Position numbers and translations under genes: made by a program
The notes under the pieces: generated by a model
Told to the model about the DNA's origin: nothing
Database searches by the model: none
Seen by the model: the letters and a program-made list of their open reading frames with translations, nothing else
Assembly: GCA_050084985.1 (NCBI GenBank)
Contig: JBITNC010000001.1
Coordinates: 204,414,001-204,478,000 of the forward strand
Direction: 5' to 3'
From: Nageia nagi
Taxonomy: Eukaryota; Plantae; Pinophyta
Length of the DNA: 64,000 nt
Part shown: in pieces, positions 49,319 to 63,192 of the stretch
How the letters are laid out: every line of letters starts with the position of its first letter
Numbering within the stretch: position 1 is the first letter of the stretch

Positions 49319-52194
49319 TGTAATATTCCAAATCAGCAATTATATTTATTTTCACACTTGGACACCATGTGGGGTCCATCGGGGGTGTGATGCCTCCCTT
49401 AGGAAGCGTATAGCTTATATTAATATTAAATTAGGAGTGATTTGATAATTAGGAGTATTTTATAAATATTTGAAATATTTTTAAGCATGATGTGATCTCA
49501 AGGATAGGAGCTTGTGGGTCCAAGGGACCAATTGTGTGTAATATTCCAGAATTAAGGCATTCCATTTCTAGAAGCCAAATTAAATGGGACACCCCTCTTC
49601 ATTGTGTTTTCTATCATTTAGGATTATTTAAATATTTTTTAATAGTTTGGTTTCGGTGGGACACAATGAAATGATAAATTAACTCTATGATGTTGAGCAC
49701 TTCACTCTTAGCATGCAAAAATGAGTAATCGAGCATTCCAAGGTGGACGTCCCTCTTCTAGGGGTGTTAAAGTGATTTTTAGTTAAATTAGGATTCATTT
49801 ATATTTTATCATTGGGTGTGGGCCATATTTGTAACCTGAGGATCTAATTTGATCCCTGAAGGGTGAATGCCCAACTAGGAAGCTTAATTATTATTTTTAG
49901 GAGTGGTTTAATATTGTTGGGTTGGGTCGGCCAGCCACAAATTAGAATAAGGTATCTCCTTGCTCACTATAAAAAGAGGACACATCATTGAAGAATATCA
50001 TATGCTATCTTTTATCAAACCCCCTTTGGTGGAGCGCACACCTTCTTTTCCTCTCATGGAGATGAAACCCTTTAGGAGAAACCCCATCTTGTGGACGAAA
50101 CCCCTCTCGATGGAATAGGCCCTAGAGTCTCATATATTCAGAAAATTAGCCTCGGAAGCCCTGGTTCAGTTCGAGTGAAGATCTACCCCAGTCATTCAAC
50201 TTTGAAGGTGAAGTTTGGATCTTGGTATCCAGTTTTGGCCCTAGGAGTGAGACGTCTAGCTCAAGAAGTCAGTTTGGTGCACTTTCAGAATCTTCATTGT
50301 GGTGTTCTTAGCTTCCTGGTGAGATGTCACCCCCTTGGAGACATTTTCAGCTCCTTGAGATCACTTTCTTGGTTCATCTAAGTATTTTGCAAATATTGGT
50401 ATTTATCTCATAATTTTGTCTCATTGATTCACCTTAATTTTGGAATATTTGTGCATGAGTTGGGTGCATGGTGTATTTTGCCCTAACTTCTTTATTTTGA
50501 GCACTTGCATAAATCGTTCTAATTTTATGAATAAATTAATATTTATTTGAATTATTTTAATATTTAGCATAAGCTAGAGCATCGTTTGGCACTTTTAGTT
50601 TGGAGTAATAAGGTTAAATTGGAATTTGCATATTTTGCTATAAATCTTGCTTGCCCTAGTTTGGAATATTACATTGTGAGCCCCAAAGTGGGATGTCTGC
50701 CTCCTTGAGCTAGATAGGTGTGTTTAGTGATATTATAATTGATTATTGAGATCCAAAGTTGAGATTATAATAATGTCAACCATGTATTTGAATTAAGATG
50801 CCAAGCTAGTGTGTGACTCCTAGGTGAGATCTAGGCCATCCAATGAAACGTCCAGCTATAAGATAGATTGGTGCAACATTGAGGAGGCATCTTTGGCTTA
50901 TTCTACATTTGATCTCTTGGAGTCTTGGCATGAACTCAAGCTTTTTCCTCTTGGTGGTTCGTGAGGCATCAAGGAAGGGTTAGTAGGTTAGGGATCTTGC
51001 TAATCTACGACTAAGGAGTTGCACCCTTAGTCCATCTTGTGGTATTCCGAGGCTTCACTTTTTCATTTGGTTCTGTTGGGGTGTTTTTCTTTCCTACCCT
51101 AAAGTAGTGAGAAAAACGCCAACACCTTAGGTGGAGGGACGTTGCTTCCTCCCTCTATGGGGACTGGTTACACCAAACGTTTGGCTTCGCAAGCTATGCA
51201 AGGATAACCTAGAAGACAATTGACATGTTTAGAGCTGCCACCAACATGAATGTCATGTGTGGATTCAAGGGACTCTGAGTTTTGCATCTGGGCTTTAACA
51301 AGGTTGTTTCTTGAATGCTGAAAAAAAGGGTAATATGGGGTGTGAAAATCATGAAAAGGTGTAAAATAAAAGAAAATAAAGAAAGAAAAGATGGTGGAAA
51401 GACTATGGGTACAGGATGCAAGAGTGGGCATATAGGCTTACGGGCTTGGTAAAGACTCTCGGAAGCCGACTCAATTGGGTTCAATGCAGGTTCCAGGCAC
51501 CCATTATCCAATCCACCAGCCAACAACACAAATAGCTGAGTGGATGGAGCGTGAAGCTAGGGAAATGAGATAGGATGGGACCAAGGTGAGACTGAAGAAC
51601 TTGGGTGAAGTTCCGGCTGCAAACAACATTAGTGAGATATCCCAAGACTACCAAGCCAATACTGCAAATAGTGAAACATCATCCAAGAGATATTAATCAA
51701 CTGCTTCTTAAGATGAGCAAGCAAGCTCTCGTCCACCTCAATGAAGTTTACAAGATGCACCAAGTCAATTGAACTAACATCAAGCAATGATAGAATAAAC
51801 ATAGATAGCACTATCTAACATTCATTCACATCTACTATTTCAACATGAACAAGTACATAATTACAATAGCATCCACATGCACCACTTTTAACACTTAAGA
51901 GCAATTTGGTACAACAAAGTTTCTATTAAGTTGTCAAAATGTCAATCCCACTTTCAAATGAAGCAAAATGGGGCATAAATAGTGTTAAGAGCAACCAACA
52001 ATGTTGCCCTAACCTTAATTATGAATAGTAAGAAATAAAGTGCGGTCTAATGAAAATATGCCACATGGCATTACAAGGTTTCATCCAGATTCGTGGGAGC
52101 AAATCCTCATCCTTCACGAGTTTGGGAATAAAAATAATATTAAAATGTCTAGCTAGAAAATGCGAAAATAAACAAACTTAAAATAAAATGACAA

Positions 52195-55100
52195 CTAAGC
52201 CAATGGTGGGCCCAAGCCCTCAACTCGATCCTCGAATCCTTCGGCCACGAATCTCTCCATAAGCTCCACTCCACGCAGAATCTTCGAGAGCTTTGGCCTG
52301 CTAGCAGCTACGTTGTCCTCGACTTCGTCCGCCAGCTTCTGCATCTCAGCCTTCCATGCATGAGCTTGCAACATGTGCCTCAGGTGACTCCCTAACTGGT
52401 AGGAGTTCACGTCGTCAATCATCATCAGGCTATAAAGGAGATATCCGACCTCTATCACTGCCTTCTCTTCCTCCTAGATGGTGGTGTTCTCTTTTAGGAA
52501 CCTTGCTTGAAAGTCCATCTGTTCCATGCATGAGTGAGCCTTGTCATTGATCCCTATTACTCCCTTCTGCACCTCCTGAAACTGGTGATGATTTGACTAT
52601 TCACTCCCAAATAGAACCACCAGTCTTCGCAAAGTTTGGCAACTATGGACCTCTTAGCCTGCGACGCCTCATACTTCAACACCATGGGTCTCTGAGAATC
52701 TAAGATCCTGTGCAACCGAACCCTCTCGATGATGATATACTTCAATTGTTCCTTTGCAAAAGAGACCTTGTGAAGAGCCCTAGTGAATTGCCTCAATGCT
52801 GTCGAGACCTCATCCATCATCTCTTGCTTCACTATCATCATGCCTTCTTTGAGGGGCTTCACCTTCCTAAGCTTTTCTGTGGGTACCTTGGTAGACTCAA
52901 GCTCACGAGTCAATCTCCTCTAGGTAGCCAACTCCTTGTTCAAGCTCTTTATTTCCTTTTCCTTCAGTAGCCCGTCCTTGGCAATTGCCTCTGTGTTTGA
53001 AATGATTGCATGTTTCCTGCCCGTCACACCAATGGGGCCTGTGTTGATGATTCGGTTTATTTGTCTCAAGTCTCCGGGGCCCTAAGGGTTATCTTTGTCA
53101 GCCACTATGGTCTTGATGCATACTGCATTTTCCGTCATGTGCACATAGGTTTGAATCCTCTCCAAACGAGTGGAGCTCTCCCCAATCTGATCACTAGCTC
53201 CTCTAGGTCTAAACTCCTCCCCTACGTCCATGTTGAAGACATCGAGGCACTCGTCCATGTCTACACCCCACTCCAGGTTAGGCGAAGGTTGGTGGGTCTC
53301 AACAACTGCTTCGGTGATGGTGACGACATTGCTCCGGATCTTCTTCAAAGGTCTTTCATTTTGCCCTGCAATCCTCCTGGGTGTCATTGACAATCTGGAC
53401 AGGGACCCTCTCTTCAGTTGGGCTCTTCTTGGTGTTAATTCTAGAGTGGGATTTTGGTCTTTCTTCTGAGATGTTGAAGGTTCTGAAGTGGTGTAGTTAT
53501 GGAATTCCTTCAAGATCTCCAACGAAGGCTCTTCTTCACCCTGCGCATCCTGTATATCCCTTTCAAGAACAGTACTTGTTGCATGCTCATCTCCAGACCC
53601 TTCATCTGACTCATCCTCCAGAATGCTCTCATACTCCCCTTCTTCAAGCATACTCTGCCGGTCACCATCTCCCTGTCCATCTGCCTATTCTTTATGAAGG
53701 GTGCCATGGTCTTCATATAGATGGCCTGAGGACTCTGACCCTGATCTTGGAATGGTCTGAGACGGATGTGACACCATTGTCCTCACTGGCCTTTGGGGTG
53801 GATCCGGTCGCTAGTTTTTCGCACATCTTACTACCTTATTGATGGCCACGCACTCCAATTCCCTCACATCATGTTCATCAACTGTCTTCTTTACATGTTG
53901 TGCTACTTGCTTGATGGGAACCTTCCCATGCATGGATGCATATTGCCCAACGGGTTCCTCAATCGTTGATGGAAACTAGGTGACCCTGGAGGTAGATTCT
54001 TGTGGTCTTCTTCCCTGAGATTGGGACTTCTTATGAATTGATGCCTCTACTTTCCATTGTTGTTTCTGAGCCTCCTCTTGCATCTTGGCATGAATCTTAT
54101 TCACTTCCACTTCGGTGCTGATGTTTCAAAACGGCTCCTCATCTCTAAGTGGCCTATGCTCATAGGCCCTCTTCCTCTCCTTCATATAGAAGTCGTGGAT
54201 TCGGTGCTTAGGTCATAATGGTTGGCGGCCCGTATCTTCTCAAATTTGTACCTTACCAACTCATCTATCATGGAGGTCACATCCGCCTAAGCTCTACACT
54301 GATACTCTCCCACTATGACTGGCAGATTGGAAGTGGCTGACTTCTTCTGCCAAACGTACTCATGCAGGGAGGTCAACTGCATCCTCATCTCCATTAGGAG
54401 CATCCTATTGCTCACGTACTAAGGCAGCTGATATGGCTCCACAGCTGATCTGTAGAGGCGAATGTTGGAGTAATGTTGGTGATGGATGAAGAAGTCCACA
54501 TGTTTCCTTAATGCATCCCGGGCTGAGTTGGAGATTCCGGCAACAATAATCTCTCCCTTAAGCTCCTTGTATATTTCGTATTCCCATCCATCATTCTTCA
54601 TTGCGAAATTCTCCCATCTCCTCTCAATCTTCCACTTTGGTAGCACTTCCTCACGGCATATGTTCCCTTCTCGATCAAATCAGACTCCCTTAAGGCAATG
54701 GGCCTTTGCTTGTCGTGGAGCAACAGGTATACCAAGTATTGAGGTGAAATTTGTGTGTGGTTCCCACCAATGATAGCTGGTCCATAATGCTATCGCTCAA
54801 TACCTTACTCCATTTGATCTTCTTCCCCCCGGCTATCTCCACGATGAAGCCGAAAAACTCTTTTCAGAACTTGGACACATTCTCCTTCCTGAGAACTCGT
54901 GACAACATGAGGATCATTAATTCGATGGAGGGATGGAAGTGGGACGAGGGGCATTGATGAGCTCGTTACCCTTCAGGCCATGGTGCTCATCGAACATCCA
55001 ACTCTTGATTGCTGCGGCTACTCTATTGGTGTTTTGATAGCATGCCTTCCAAAGTCCACTGAAATGTGGCCTTAATACCTTCAAGGCTAAAGTCAATGAT

Positions 55101-55460
55101 GACATCGCCCTTGATGTCACAGAGCACCCTTTCACCTTTCTTCCAATGTTGATCGACTTCTAGACACAGCTCTGGAAATGGGGCTATGAATGGGACGAAG
55201 GCACAGTTTAAGAGCCCAGAGAAGAAGATGATATCTTGTTTCAACTTACTGAATGGCTTGTTTTTGATCTCTTCTCTCATCTACATCAAATCCACCTTTT
55301 GCCAGTTCGTGTCTTCGATAGTGGCTAGCCCGTTCTTCGAGAACTTAGCCCCTTGGGATAGGGAGTCTCCTCTCTTGCATATAGTGATGATACACCCTTG
55401 TCTAATGTACTCTAGATCTTGCACATAGTCCTTGGTTGAATTGCTTTTGGGACTAGCCAT
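52195..55460 (-). pseudogene. Decayed ~1,090-codon retroelement accessory ORF
   Basis: ATG at 55460 (MASPKSNS...AKFSKNGLATIEDTNW) is in frame with track ORF 55023-55280. Homologous along its length to 25074-28555. TATA box CTATAAATACC on the minus strand at 55670-55680. Confidence 0.85.
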
Positions 55461-55810
55461 GACGTTTTAGTGAATGTCGAGGACCTTTCAAGGTGATGTG
55501 ATGACTTTTCTGCAAGCCTATGACCTCCACGCCTCCCTCCTTGCCTTCTTGTTCCCTTGCGCAAGCCTTTCCAAGCAAATAGGCGAATTTCAAACTCAAA
55601 ATTCTGCAATTTTGGCTCAAATATAGAAGAGGAGTGTGATTTGAATTTGGTAAATGAGGTCCCCAAGTTGGTATTTATAGCTGATGTGGGCTTTCTTGAA
55701 ACTTCACTTCCAGCCGTCCAAGTGGTCAACCTCAAGATGTGTGCCATCATGAAACTTCACTTCCAACCGACCAGGACCAAGCATGGGGGGTTTAGCGTGT
55801 CTTCCAACCT

Positions 55811-56357
55811 AGCGCATGCCCAGAAAAGATAGGATTTTGTCTTTCTGGAGCATGTGCCAGCCTTGGGGGTGGATGTATTCCCCACGTTGGCCTTCCTTGC
55901 ACTCCTGCTCATCCAACTCGACCATGGAGATCCGTCTTAAGACTTGATCTTGCTTGATGCTCACTTCCTTGGGGTCCAACTTGCTCATTTTCCTCAACTG
56001 ACTCGACCTAGGATGCCCTCAAAGTCTGGTGCATGGTTTCAAAAGACAAGATTTTGTCTTTTGAAAACACCCTCTAACTTCTCCGGCTTCCCCAGTTTGG
56101 GTGCATGGTACAAAAAGTCATGATCTTGTCTTCCTAGGGCATGTGTTGGGTTGCAGATGATTGGATTTATCTTGTTTTGGTCTCCTGCTTCCGGGACTTT
56201 GTCAAATTTTCAATCTTGCTCCGTCCTTTTCATGTCATGCGCTAGGTCCAGGAGTGACCCAGTTTGAGTTTTCGGACTTGACATCGAAACAAATGCCCTC
56301 CTAGCTCGAGTGCACATCCTAGAAAGACAAGATTTTGTATTTTTGAAGCATGTGCCA
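55811..56357. promoter_or_regulatory. Array of ~4 palindromic GCGCATG-N32-CATGYGC sites upstream of the accessory ORF promoter
   Basis: Copies near 55811, 56028, 56099 and 56310 with the AAAAGACAAGATTTTGTCTTTT core. The spacer is 32 nt in the two copies counted. Confidence 0.6.
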
Positions 56358-58032
56358 AGCCTGGGAGTGGCCTGGATCCGACTTGCTTGGTCTGTTTATG
56401 ACTTGGACTTCCCAATTCCTCCTAGGTTCGACTTAAATCCTCTAGACTTAGCCATTTTCGAGGGTTTTGGCTATTCAATATGACATGACCAACACTGGGC
56501 GAATGATTACACTACGATACTAGGATGGTAGGCTTGATTTCGAGTTGGTTGGAGGTGATGGGAGATTGTTCCAGTCGGATGCTTGACGACTCTAAGTTGT
56601 GGAGGGTCCCCAAATTGCTACATTTTGGGGTGAGTTGTGTAGGGCACAACAGGTTCTAGGTGTGAGAAGAGCCCTTTGGAGCGTCCAGGTCTAAGGGAAT
56701 GTTGCTATCCCATTTTCACATCAGATTCGGGGGTTTGAGGCCCTAGCTACATGATGTCATCCTTCTTGATACATCTTGGCATTGTGGAGTTGTAGATTGG
56801 GTCTTTTAAGCCAAATGTCTAGCCCTTTGGGCCCTTGGAGCATTGTATTTGGTTTGTATTTGATGTATATCATTGCTTGGCACTTCGATCTCATATTTTG
56901 GGACTCTTGGCGTTGATTTTCTGTGCTTCTTCAGATCTGACCAGAATTAATATTTGTTGCATGAATTTGTGGATGATTGGAATCACCTAATTTGAGTAAA
57001 ATAATATTTTTCCTAATTTGGAATGTTGCATCATGACCATTCTACAACCACATCAAAAACAAGCCTTCTTTCAACAAATTTTAGTTTAATCCTCTAATGA
57101 AGATTAGAGCATTTCTACTCATTTTGCTTTTATTCCGAATTATGTATATAATATTGTCAGAAATTATATGTTTTCTAAGATGACCATGCATAACCAAATT
57201 CTGGTATGACTATATGACTATCACAACATAATTTTTCCATTGCCTGATATGCATGAAATCTTTTAAAATTTTAGAGAATCTATACGTTTGTTAAATGATA
57301 TTTTGAGAAGGGAAAGATTGTCCTTATACTAGCGAATGCATAGATAACAATTGCATTGAATTGATTCTGTTTTTACATGTAATCTTTATGTAACAGCTAG
57401 TATTCAGCTCAAACAAAGATAAATGATAAAGAACTAGTAAAAAAACTTTGACCAGTTGAAATTTAAATCGGCATATGTTTCAGCCTCTAGTAAATGAACC
57501 TATCAACAGTCTTTCTAAGCTCAAGGTACAAACAGCTCTAACAGATGATTTTCTTAACTCTCATGGAAATTATAAGATGTGAACATGCTAACCCTTGGCT
57601 TATAAGATCAATAATCTAACCAGTTGATCTGTTGATGAGGTGACAATACTTGTAATCTCAGCAAGATTTACAATTTGAGCTAGTGAAGAAATAATTTTCA
57701 CTACTTGAACTCTTATCCTTGTAATCTTTTAATTGCAAATGAAAGTATTAATTGAGCTTTTCTTTTAAGGCTATGTGAATCTTAACATCACAATGAAGTT
57801 ACGTAAGAGATGTGCAGAAAAATCATTAGCATATCTGTTGTCTCTTGAAAATTTGAAACAAGATATTACTGACTCTGAATGTGTATGCCATCTTATGTCT
57901 GATCTAACTTGAAGCCACTTAAAGCGTCCTGTTCACTATTTATTTTCTGCATTCATATTTCTACCAAGCACTAGCAGCACTATTACTTAATCTGTTGACT
58001 CGACTTAATACCATTTCATTATTTTATTGCAG

Positions 58033-58280
58033 TTCTTGCTACTGATGAAAAGTATAACGAGGCAATATATAGCACTGCTAAACGTCTAGTGGCAGCAATT
58101 GATGGACTACCTGATCCTGGTGGTCCTGCATTCCAAGAAAAGAAAAGGGAGTCTAACTTCAAGACTAGAGAAGAGACAGAGGAAAAGAGAGGACAATTCA
58201 CAACTGTAGTTGCTGGCTTGCTTGTAATAGCTTTTGTTGTACCGATGGCACAATATTATGCCTATGTCTCCAAGAAGTAA
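58033..58280 (+). CDS. TLP18.3: Terminal coding exon of thylakoid lumen protein TLP18.3 / PSB32 (UPF0603, TPM-domain family)
   Basis: Follows acceptor TTTTATTGCAG (AG at 58031-58032, phase 1). Translates (V)LATDEKYNEAIYSTAKRLVAAIDGLPDPGGPAFQEKKRESNFKTREETEEKRGQFTTVVAGLLVIAFVVPMAQYYAYVSKK*, which I recognise as the conserved C-terminus with its transmembrane helix. Confidence 0.92.
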
Positions 58281-59049
58281 TTATTCTGAGCATAGTCTAT
58301 TTATTTGGGTGGAGATAAATGTTAATTTTGTATATTCTTTCATGTTATATTATATTATGAAAGTTAGATTAAGCGTTTGGTAGTATTAGATTATGTTCTA
58401 ATATATATATTTTTAATGCTTTGTATATCGATTCTATTAAAAAGAAAAATTACTTTAAAACAAACTAATAACATACAATACCTCCTACCTTTCATTTATT
58501 GGATATTTGTCTCTAAAATATAAATTAAATATATTTAAGTTTTAGGTTCCATCATTTGATGTGTTATAACAATTACTAATTTTATGGTAAAAAATATTTT
58601 CAAGGGATTTTATATTTAGTAAGAATATTTTTTTTAGTTACAATACATAATAAAAAGGTAATGAACGGAAAAATTAAATATTTAGTAATTAAAATAAATA
58701 TATAAAGTAAATGAAATGAAGATTCAAATATTTAGTTAAAATGATACAATTTGAATTGTCATTTAATTTGTAATTGTAGAATTGATATTCGTAAATTATG
58801 GAAGCAATATTTTAAATTATAAGTTTGAGTCTTAATTATTTTCTACCTATTAAAAGTATTATAGAAATTTAATTTGATTTTTGTATTTATTTACATATCA
58901 AATTTAGGTATCTAAAATGATTTATTATGTCAACAAATTTGAAATTTTGTTATTAATGTTTGTAGGTGATAAATAATGGTCAATGGGACTATATAAAATA
59001 CATTATAATAAGAGCAAGGGAGTGACTAGTGCAACTCCTATATGTAAGA

Positions 59050-60520
59050 ATGAAGTAAACAAAAAAAGGAAGTCAAAATACAATAGTTTTGAATGAGGCA
59101 AGAGGTCTATATATTTGAGTCAAGGAACTCCATTAGCATTGAGGTCGAGAGAAGGCTTTAGATGTTACAACCAAAGGAATTAACCCTAGCAGGTTTGGTA
59201 ACAATGCATTGACATGTGGTCCCTCCCAAATATTCAAGGTTCATGTGATACTTCTAGTTTGTAGCTTCCTATGATTGAATTTTTGGTCTACTTCTTTGAT
59301 ATAGAGATGGACACATTTTTTGCCTTCATAATTCATCCATGATTTCAAATTGTCGGCATCTTTGAATAAACAATTGAATCAACTTCAAATTTCATAGTAT
59401 ATGGGGCAAATGCATACGAAATGTTCTTTAGCCTTTTGTTCATGTTGCATAGTTTGCATTTGTATTGGTCTCTAGGGATATGTTGGTCTGTTCAATATGA
59501 GTTGGTGTGAGCAAACACTACTTATTTGGCCAAGGGGGAAATAGAGACCATTAGATATGTGTAGGTTGATATAATCAAGGATGACAATAACATTATTCTC
59601 TAGTTTCATTGTAATGAAAAAGCTTTGGTGAAAGTGGTTTGTCTAGTTTAATGCATGTTATCTTCGAGTAAGCAAGTAGATTTTCTTCGCAATCCTTTTA
59701 TTAGTTTATACAGTATAAGGATTAAAGGTCTTATGTGGGAGTTGAAAGAGAGGTAGTTGTTCAATATCTAAGCTTGTGGGTTGTAGGAAAGTGGTGGTTT
59801 TTAAGTACCAACACCAATGAATGCCTTTACTTGCAAGTTGCATTGAGGATCTGAGCTCTAAGAGATATTATCTCTTTGACTCAAGATCTATGGAAATTAT
59901 GTAATGGATCCTATTTAGAAGCTTAATATTGTGGAATACTACAAGAGCCAACATGGGGTATGCATAAAGTTTATTGAGAATGATGGAATGAGGGGTAATT
60001 TTTTTGGCTCGAATGGATCTTGAGAGTATGTTGATCAAAAACCTCTAGATGCAAGCCAACCAAAGTGTCTCAAGCTAGACCTCCAAATTTCACATCAATA
60101 AAATAGGGTCGAAGAGACAAGAGCATGGAAGAGTTTAATTTTTCCAGGATATCCTAAAACTAGGGTTGAAAACATTGTTTCTTGAGTGTGGCAGTTGCAA
60201 CATAGACTTTATTCAACATGTTATGGGAGGTTAAGATCAAGTTGAAAGTAGGCTTTGTGTAGAGCACACTAGATATGTGTAGGAAGTGATTGCCTCAATA
60301 AGTTGCCTTGGAAAGTCAGGTAGATTTTGAAAGCATTTGCTCTTAACATATTGAAAGACATCACCTTTGTATTTTTAAGATTAACTTCAATACCATGGGT
60401 ATCACAGAAGGTAAAAAGGGTATAGACCCGACATTGAAGCCCAATTATTATATGAGATAGCAAGATGATATCATCTGGAAAGAGCAAAATTGAGATAATG
60501 AAATCATGTAGAAAATATCT
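59050..60520 (-). pseudogene. Degenerate LINE (RTE-like) reverse transcriptase and 3' region
   Basis: ISILLFPDDIILLS...GLQ...FCDTHGIEVNLKNTKVM corresponds to the LLFADD...VNxxKTKVM motif of non-LTR RTs. The left boundary is approximate. Confidence 0.7.
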
Positions 60521-62607
60521 CATTGGGGGGACTTAGGGAGAAAGAGAATTGGGGGGAATTACGAAGAAAGAGGTCTTAAAATATCTTAGTATTCATCTTT
60601 AACATATTGATGATTTTGAGTCTTTTCACATTCACACATTATCTCTTCTTATTTTTGAGGAAATTGTAGTAAGTTATTTTTAGCCTCTTTAGTAGTAGAA
60701 AGGTTCCATTGCATAATAAAGCAAGGGAGTTTTTGTAGGGTCATGCATTCATTATCAAACCATGAGTTGTGGGGGAAATGGGCATGGTGAGGGTGAGGGG
60801 ATGGTGTGTGGATGGTTTGAGGGAAGGATTCAATGGTAGTTGACCAAAGAGCTTTAGAGAAAATATTTTCCTACAAGATGGGGTTTTGTATTTGGTGGAG
60901 GTTGGTGAGATGTTTGTTTATGCTTTGTGTGTAAATGTGATTAAAATTATAGTCAAAGAAATATGGGGGTTGTGGGACAAAGGAAAGGGGTGTGAGTGGT
61001 AGGGTAAGTGGTAAGTGGAAGGGTAAGGGTGAGATAAGCATGATCTGATAATGGTGGAGTATCAAAGATACTAAAATTAGCGATAAAAAAATACGAAGGG
61101 GAGATTAGCAAAAGTGTAATTTACCACATTAGTGCCACCAACAAAAGGGAAACAAGAAAAATAATTAGATTAAGGAAATTGAACAATCCCATTTAGGATG
61201 ATTAATGCATGTGATTCATCCAACCTGAACAAGTGTTTTCCATAAGATGTGATGTTTTTCCCAACATCATCTTTCTCACAAGGCCTAACTCATTGAGATT
61301 AGTTTGAAAATGTTCATAAAATATTTGAAAAAGTCTTTTTTATAGATCCTCTAATAGTACATAGTAGATATGAAACCATAAATTACATAAGAAAAATATT
61401 TTATATGGGGGAGAAAGGATCTATGACTAAGACAAATCAACACAAGCAATAATATGCATGTTTCAATTTCTCCATGCTAGAAAAAATGAATTTACATTGA
61501 ATCAAATAAATTTTTAATCATATGATGAAAATATATAAAAATGTAAACTATTTTGTTTTGACTCCTGCTATTCCAATAATATAAGGGTATATAAAGAAAT
61601 ATTATGTAATCAACATTGGGATTCACCTAGTCATGCATTAAAGTCTCCTAGTAGCATGATATCACCCAAGAGGGAAAATATGGAGATCTCAAGATAAAGA
61701 TCTAGATAGGGTGATTCACTATCTTATACAATAGAATGTGGCAAGTAAGTAGGAGGAAAGTCGTATATAGAAATGCAAAGACATCAAGATGTTGGCTTCC
61801 TATAAAGAGATACCGATATATATATCTAACATGAAGACATGAATATTTGAAACGAATGTAAAGAGTCAATCATTCATGATATAGGCAAGTAACACCTCTA
61901 GAGCCTTTAGTACCTTATTGGGTCTTTGATTTGTATGCAAAAAAATTAATAATAATCGGTATAGGATTGTGGTGGTTTCAATTGTGCTTCATGTGTTTCA
62001 TTGAAAAGGATGAGGTTCTTATCACCGATTACATCATTCACTGAACCAAAGGAAGAGAACAAAGAACCACCATAATTCCACAAATAATTTTTAATGCTTG
62101 ATATCATGATGATGTTGACCAAAGTTTAGTCCATCTCAAGGGAAGACTATCACATATCCAAACTCTTCCACTTTGAAGAAAAATCCATTTTTCTTACTTT
62201 CTAGCTTCTATCATTTTATTTTTGTTATCTTTACGTTCATATTGCAGCCAAGTTAGGTCTTCATCAAGGAATACTTTATCTAAAAGACTGAATAATTTTG
62301 TCTTGGCTTGTAATGCTTATATACATTCCCCTGCTAACTAAAAATAAATAACAATAGTCCCATCTAAGATTGTTGAGGGTGATACTTTTTAGATCCAAGG
62401 TTTCATGTTAAAAAGCATGGCCAACATGTGATGGGTCTATTATTTTTGGAAGTCCATGAACTTAGAGATTGAGTTCCATAGTGTGGCACATATTTTTAGC
62501 TATAAATTTTGCATGTATTGTCATTTCAACCATTGGGGGGGGGGGGTTCTTTTCTTTGACAACTTGTATCCATGATTTTTGTTCCTCTACCTATTTTGGA
62601 TGGACTA

Positions 62608-63192
62608 TGTAATATCCCCAATTTTGAGAGACCTTATTAAAAGCATAACATTTTTCACAAGTCTTGGATCATCAATTTGTCTTTTGGAATGGATGGAGAA
62701 TCTTCTACCAAATATTTTGATAGGTCACACGACATGGTTCCTTCAAGAAATGAGAAAGATATGCACTTTTGAAGTTATCCTAAGAAACTGAGATTCTAAT
62801 ATCATGGTGAGGGAAAAGTCAACTACAAGAAATTTATTTTATTCTAAGATGGCTATGAGTTTAATTATTGGTAATTTCAAGGTAAAAGAACTTATAAAAG
62901 GAGGAAAGATTCACAACTTGAGGATTATCATAATTTGGCATTTGATTATGGATCATCTTGGAGTTGGGGTTGCTCTCCTCTCTTTCTTCTAAGGATTAGG
63001 GTAGTTCCCTAGCCTAAAAGTGGCATATTCACAATTACATTCACTTGGAGAGCTTGCACCAACCTTGGAAGACCTTCTAGCCCTAGCACTAGGATCTTGA
63101 AGCCATATTGAGACTTGCCACATCCTTGGGAGCAATCTTGTGTCTTTAGCCTACCTTTAGGAGTCTTGTTTGAGCATTTTGGAGTCTTGGGT
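62608..63192 (+). mobile_element. LTR 5' part, same family as 9628-10852
   Basis: Starts TGTAATATCCCCAATTTTGAGA and is reverse-complement homologous to ~10000-10852, with a single copy of the 265-bp unit. Confidence 0.8.

Larger units (their letters stand above)
40495..50673 (+). mobile_element. Chromovirus-type element F (5' truncated): gag + protease + unrelated filler ORF, 3' LTR 49319-50673; interrupted by element C
   Basis: Gag (RAWLQKLQTYFTLS...LHLDGVAYDW; LCFTCKKPWKYGHHC) and protease region (LILGVQWLYSLGDI), with no RT motifs. PPT GAGGAAGGGTGGAA. The LTR has a perfect 14-bp TIR, TGTAATATTCCAAA...TTTGGAATATTACA. Confidence 0.78.
51074..56651 (-). mobile_element. Giant (5.6 kb) solo-LTR-like element (family I, copy 4) carrying a full-length accessory ORF
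   Basis: Termini TGTTGGGG...GGCACAACA flanked by a perfect 5-bp TSD GGTTC (51069-51073 / 56652-56656). No gag/pol and no terminal direct repeats. Confidence 0.92.
50674..57030 (+). mobile_element. Chromovirus LTR fragment interrupted by the giant element 51074-56651
   Basis: Family motif TTGTGAGCCCCAAAGTGGGATGTC. The sequence resumes after the TSD at 56652 and ends TTTGGAATGTTGCA at 57030. Confidence 0.65.

Noticed and set aside
51074-56651. Classical cut-and-paste DNA transposon (hAT, CACTA or Mutator)
   Set aside because: The inverted ends are only ~5 bp, the TSD is 5 bp with TG..CA termini, and the ORF shows no DDE transposase motifs that I can see.
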